Positions 23,450 through 26,584 of a DNA stretch of 26,584 nucleotides are shown here, piece after piece (position 1 is the first letter of the stretch; every line of letters starts with the position of its first letter). The notes under the pieces were generated by a model. The model made no database searches. It saw nothing but the letters and a program-made list of their open reading frames with translations, and had not been told where the DNA came from. This DNA is from a virus (taxonomy: Duplodnaviria > Caudoviricetes). The stretch covers positions 1-26,584 of the IMG/VR virus record IMGVR_UViG_3300022742_000112; one strand, written 5' to 3'. Made by a program: the position numbers and the translations under genes.

Positions 23450-25405
23450 ATGCCTGTCACCGAACAGACACCCATCAACACGTCGACCACCAACGGTGTG
23501 ACGACGGTCTTCCCTTACGGCTTCAAGATCGCGCAGACCTCGGATCTCCAGGTGCTGCTCGATAACGTAGCGGTGACGACTGGCTTCACCGTGAGCGGTG
23601 TGGGGAATGACAGCGGCGGCGACGTGACATTCGCAGTCCCGCCCGGTGCCGGCAAGCAGCTGGTGCGCAAGCGCAACATGAAGTACGCGCGAAGCACCGA
23701 CTATCAAGAGAACGGCGATCTCTTGTCGCAGACGCTGGACGATGACCAGGACGCCCCGGTCATGATGATCCAGCAGATTGCCGAAGCCCTGAGCAGGGCG
23801 TTCCTGTTGCCGCCTGGATCTAGCGCGCCCGTCTTCCCGCCTCTGCTTGATCCGCTCAAATACTGGCGCAACCGCGCAGACGGCCTCGGCGTGGAGTTCG
23901 TCGACCTTTCGAGCGGTGACAGTTCGATCGCATTGGCTGCGGCCTTGGCGGACCCGTCCGATACCAAGGGCGCGACGCTGGTGGCATTCGGTCCGGACAC
24001 AGTAGCGGCGTCACTGGCAGCTTCGTGCCGAATGTTCGCCACCGTTGCCGCGTTGCGCACAAACGGGAATGCACGCATCACGGCGGCCGGAACCTTCGGG
24101 TATTCCGCTGCCAATGATGGCGGCGGCGCACCTTACTACAAGGACGCTGCGGACAACACGACGGCGGACGACGGATTCCTGTGCATCGTTGATGCCGGCG
24201 GCCGGCGCTGGAAGCTGAACCGCAAGATCGATGAGATCGATCCTCGGCATGCTGGCGTGACGCTGGACAATGTCGACAGTTCGACGGCGTGGGCGAAGGT
24301 GTTGGCTTTCGCGGCCACGCTGACCTCAGGCGGCGCTGGAGTGACGATCAAGCAGCCTGTTGGAGTCATGAAGGTTGCGAACTTCACCATCCCGGCGCGC
24401 GTGAAAATTCGCGGTGCCGGAAGCCGATCGAGCATCATTAACGTCACCGGGACCGGTGATCTAGTGACGATCTCCGGCGTAACGAACGCTGGCATCTCCG
24501 GAGTTCGCATCGGAATGCCGAGCAGCGCAACCGCGGTAGCCCTGCGCGTCACCACGACGACCGGAAACTCGGTGCGTTGGATCGACGTCGATGACATCGA
24601 AATCGCCGGCGCTAACGTGTCCGGACAGGTCGGCCTGGCTTTGATCGCCGCGGGATCGGACATCCTGTCCGATAGCGCTTTCAACCGCATCAAGACCTTC
24701 CAAGTTGATCAGCCGATTCAAATCAGCGGCGCAGAAGGCAACGACATTCAGGACTTCGAAATCAACGATTTCGCCGTGTCTGTCGCGCGGGCAGCGATCA
24801 GCAGCGTCGGACATGCGAACAGACTGTCTGGTCGTGTGGCAGCGTCTGCCGCCACCGCTGGGTCAACGGGTTACACCGAAGGTGGCACCAACAACATCGT
24901 CGATATCTCTGTCGACATCGGCGCCGGTGGCAACACTGCGCTCAACATCTCAGTAAATGACGCGGGCAACGTCATCCGCGTGACCCGCCCTGAGTTCCTG
25001 ACGCCGATCGGCGCATATGCTCGCGGCAACACCATCACCGACAGCCAATTCACCGTAGCAAAGCGCACATTGACGAAGGGCGCGTCTCCGTCGCCCGCAA
25101 ATTTCGCCTTGTCTGCAGGCTGGGGAACCGGCGCATCGGTCACCGTCAATGGTGGAACTGATCAGCGCGTCGACTTCACGGTGACCGCGGGGAGCGCCAG
25201 CTTCGCCGCAAATCCGACCGTGAGCTTCACGTTCGCAGATGGTGCATTCCCGTTCGCACCGATGCCCCAAGTGACGCGCAACGGGGGCAATCAGCTATCT
25301 GTCAACGGCGTGCTGGCGAGCTCGACGACGAGCAGTTCGGGTTTCACATGGGTCGGAACGCCTGCTGTCGGCGAGACGTACCGGTTCGTTCTGGATAACC
25401 GCTGA
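23450..25405 (+). CDS. Tailspike/tail fibre with T7 gp17-like N-terminal anchor and a probable beta-helix domain
   Basis: NGVTTVFPYGF...RSTDYQENGD...LDDDQD anchor; GYSAANDGGG...DDG...GRRW module; DSSTAW...IPARVKIRGAG beta-helix entry. Confidence 0.88.
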   Translation: MPVTEQTPINTSTTNGVTTVFPYGFKIAQTSDLQVLLDNVAVTTGFTVSGVGNDSGGDVTFAVPPGAGKQLVRKRNMKYARSTDYQENGDLLSQTLDDDQDAPVMMIQQIAEALSRAFLLPPGSSAPVFPPLLDPLKYWRNRADGLGVEFVDLSSGDSSIALAAALADPSDTKGATLVAFGPDTVAASLAASCRMFATVAALRTNGNARITAAGTFGYSAANDGGGAPYYKDAADNTTADDGFLCIVDAGGRRWKLNRKIDEIDPRHAGVTLDNVDSSTAWAKVLAFAATLTSGGAGVTIKQPVGVMKVANFTIPARVKIRGAGSRSSIINVTGTGDLVTISGVTNAGISGVRIGMPSSATAVALRVTTTTGNSVRWIDVDDIEIAGANVSGQVGLALIAAGSDILSDSAFNRIKTFQVDQPIQISGAEGNDIQDFEINDFAVSVARAAISSVGHANRLSGRVAASAATAGSTGYTEGGTNNIVDISVDIGAGGNTALNISVNDAGNVIRVTRPEFLTPIGAYARGNTITDSQFTVAKRTLTKGASPSPANFALSAGWGTGASVTVNGGTDQRVDFTVTAGSASFAANPTVSFTFADGAFPFAPMPQVTRNGGNQLSVNGVLASSTTSSSGFTWVGTPAVGETYRFVLDNR

Positions 25406-25671
25406 TGCAGACGGTCTTTGATCTGCAGGCGGCCTTCCAGATCGCCATGGCGCTAGTGGCGGGCCTAGGCGGCTGGTTCATCAAGGCGCTGTTCGGACGC
25501 ATCGACAAGCTCGAGCAAGCTGACGCCGCGATCGCGCAGTCGGTGGGAGAGCTTCGCGTGGACCTGCCGACCAACTACGTGGGGAAGGGCGACTTCCGCA
25601 AGATGGGCGACGACATCTTTGCGACGCTCCGGCGCATTGAAGACAAGCTCGATAGCAAGGCGGACAAATAA
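25405..25671 (+). CDS. Single-TM coiled-coil protein in the lysis cassette (holin/antiholin-like)
   Basis: One N-terminal TM segment and IEDKLD C-terminus; coupled at both ends. Confidence 0.65.
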   Translation: MQTVFDLQAAFQIAMALVAGLGGWFIKALFGRIDKLEQADAAIAQSVGELRVDLPTNYVGKGDFRKMGDDIFATLRRIEDKLDSKADK

Positions 25672-26138
25672 TGTTCTCGGCCATACTGTCTTTCCTCGGG
25701 GGCTCTGCCTTCCGAATGATCTGGGGCGAGATCTCGCACTGGCTGACTGCTCGCCAGGAGCACGCGCAGGAAATCGAGCGCATGCGGCTGCAAGGCGAGT
25801 TGGATGCGGCCGCCCATGCACGCAACCTGGAAGCGATCAAGGTCCAGGCTGATCTCGGCGTGAAGACGATCCAGGTGCAGGCCGAAGCCGACATGGGCCG
25901 AATCGACGCCGAGGGCTTCTACGCCGCAGCGCGCGAGGCGATGAAGCCGACCGGGGTCTGGTTAGTGGATCTCTGGAATGGAATTGTCCGTCCGCTATGC
26001 GCCACGATCGCCATTGCTCTGTGGGTGCTGGCGCTCAAGCGTGCCGGCTGGACGATGGGCGCCTGGGACATGGAGCTTGTCAGTGGCGTGCTGGGGTTCT
26101 TCTTCGCTGACCGCTCGCTCGGTCGACGCGGGAAATGA
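25671..26138 (+). CDS. Putative holin (GTA 3TM-holin-like)
   Basis: WNGIVRP + TM, and VLGFFFADRS + basic tail; directly before the endolysin. Confidence 0.7.
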   Translation: MFSAILSFLGGSAFRMIWGEISHWLTARQEHAQEIERMRLQGELDAAAHARNLEAIKVQADLGVKTIQVQAEADMGRIDAEGFYAAAREAMKPTGVWLVDLWNGIVRPLCATIAIALWVLALKRAGWTMGAWDMELVSGVLGFFFADRSLGRRGK

Positions 26139-26584
26139 ACACTGATCTTGCCGAGCAGATCGCCTGTGCGCTGGCGCGCCGGTTCGAGGGTTGCTACCTG
26201 ACGCCGTACCTGTGCCCGGCCGGCTATCCGACGGTTGGTTTCGGTGCGCGCTATTACCTCGACGGCAGGGAAGTGCAACTCACCGACCCACCGATCACCC
26301 GTCATGTGGCGGAGGTCATGCTGCGCGACTCGGTGCGCCGAGTGCATCTGCCCGCGGTGCTGCGGCTGTGCCCCGGCATCGACTCGCCCGAGCGCTTAGC
26401 GGCCATCATCGACTTCGCATTCAATCTGGGAGCAGGGCAACTGCGTGCCTCCACGTTGCGCAAACGGATCAACGCCGGGGCCTGGGATCTCGTGCCGACA
26501 GAGCTGCGCAAGTGGGTGAGGGGAGGGGGCCGCGTGCTGCGCGGCCTCGTCCTGCGGCGCGAGGCTGAGGCTGCCTTAGTCTAG
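26135..26584 (+). CDS. Endolysin, GH24 lysozyme
   Basis: FEG...YLCPAGYPTVGFG (E-X8-C-X5-T), FAFNLG, STLRKRIN and LRGLVLRREAE. Confidence 0.95.
   Translation: MNTDLAEQIACALARRFEGCYLTPYLCPAGYPTVGFGARYYLDGREVQLTDPPITRHVAEVMLRDSVRRVHLPAVLRLCPGIDSPERLAAIIDFAFNLGAGQLRASTLRKRINAGAWDLVPTELRKWVRGGGRVLRGLVLRREAEAALV

Larger units (their letters stand above)
1..26584. mobile_element. Temperate podovirus-type phage/prophage segment (ends not in window)
   Basis: All recognisable genes are phage genes in a coherent order; no att site or integrase seen. Confidence 0.95.

Noticed and set aside
23450-25405. BPP-1-like diversity-generating retroelement acting on the tail gene
   Set aside because: No reverse transcriptase, avd-like gene or TR/VR repeat pair was seen in the window; the region outside cannot be judged.
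1-26584. tRNA, rRNA, integrase, att sites, IS elements, known defence systems
   Set aside because: None recognised; intergenic gaps are short and accounted for by the regulatory features listed.

Overview
One continuous segment of a high-GC temperate phage or prophage, probably from a proteobacterial host (inference). The left part is lambdoid: a PL operon start, a cI (HTH + S24) and lipoprotein operon, cro, a CII-like gene, a DUF1376/YdaU-type replication initiator with an internal origin-like repeat cluster, a P-like loader, small nin-like genes and a RuvC-like resolvase. The right part is a podovirus (T7/epsilon15/BPP-1-like) virion module: portal, scaffold, capsid, decoration, adaptor, nozzle, GNAT, ejection proteins, terS/terL, tailspike, holins and a GH24 endolysin. 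No integrase, Q, phage RNA polymerase or reverse transcriptase is seen. Main observations: (1) the first PL genes are a small beta-rich protein overlapped by a 46-aa strict (Gly-X)20 microprotein built from only three hexamers; (2) three copies of the palindrome GGGTGG-GAAW-CCACCC, each exactly 12 nt upstream of an NANNNT -10-like hexamer, precede the late gene blocks, and an orphan HTH gene abuts the first copy; (3) RNA structures appear able to hide late-gene ribosome-binding sites in read-through transcripts, including a structured 194-nt capsid leader; (4) five 14-bp operators, with apparently leaderless cI and cro. All family names are from motif recognition, not database searches.
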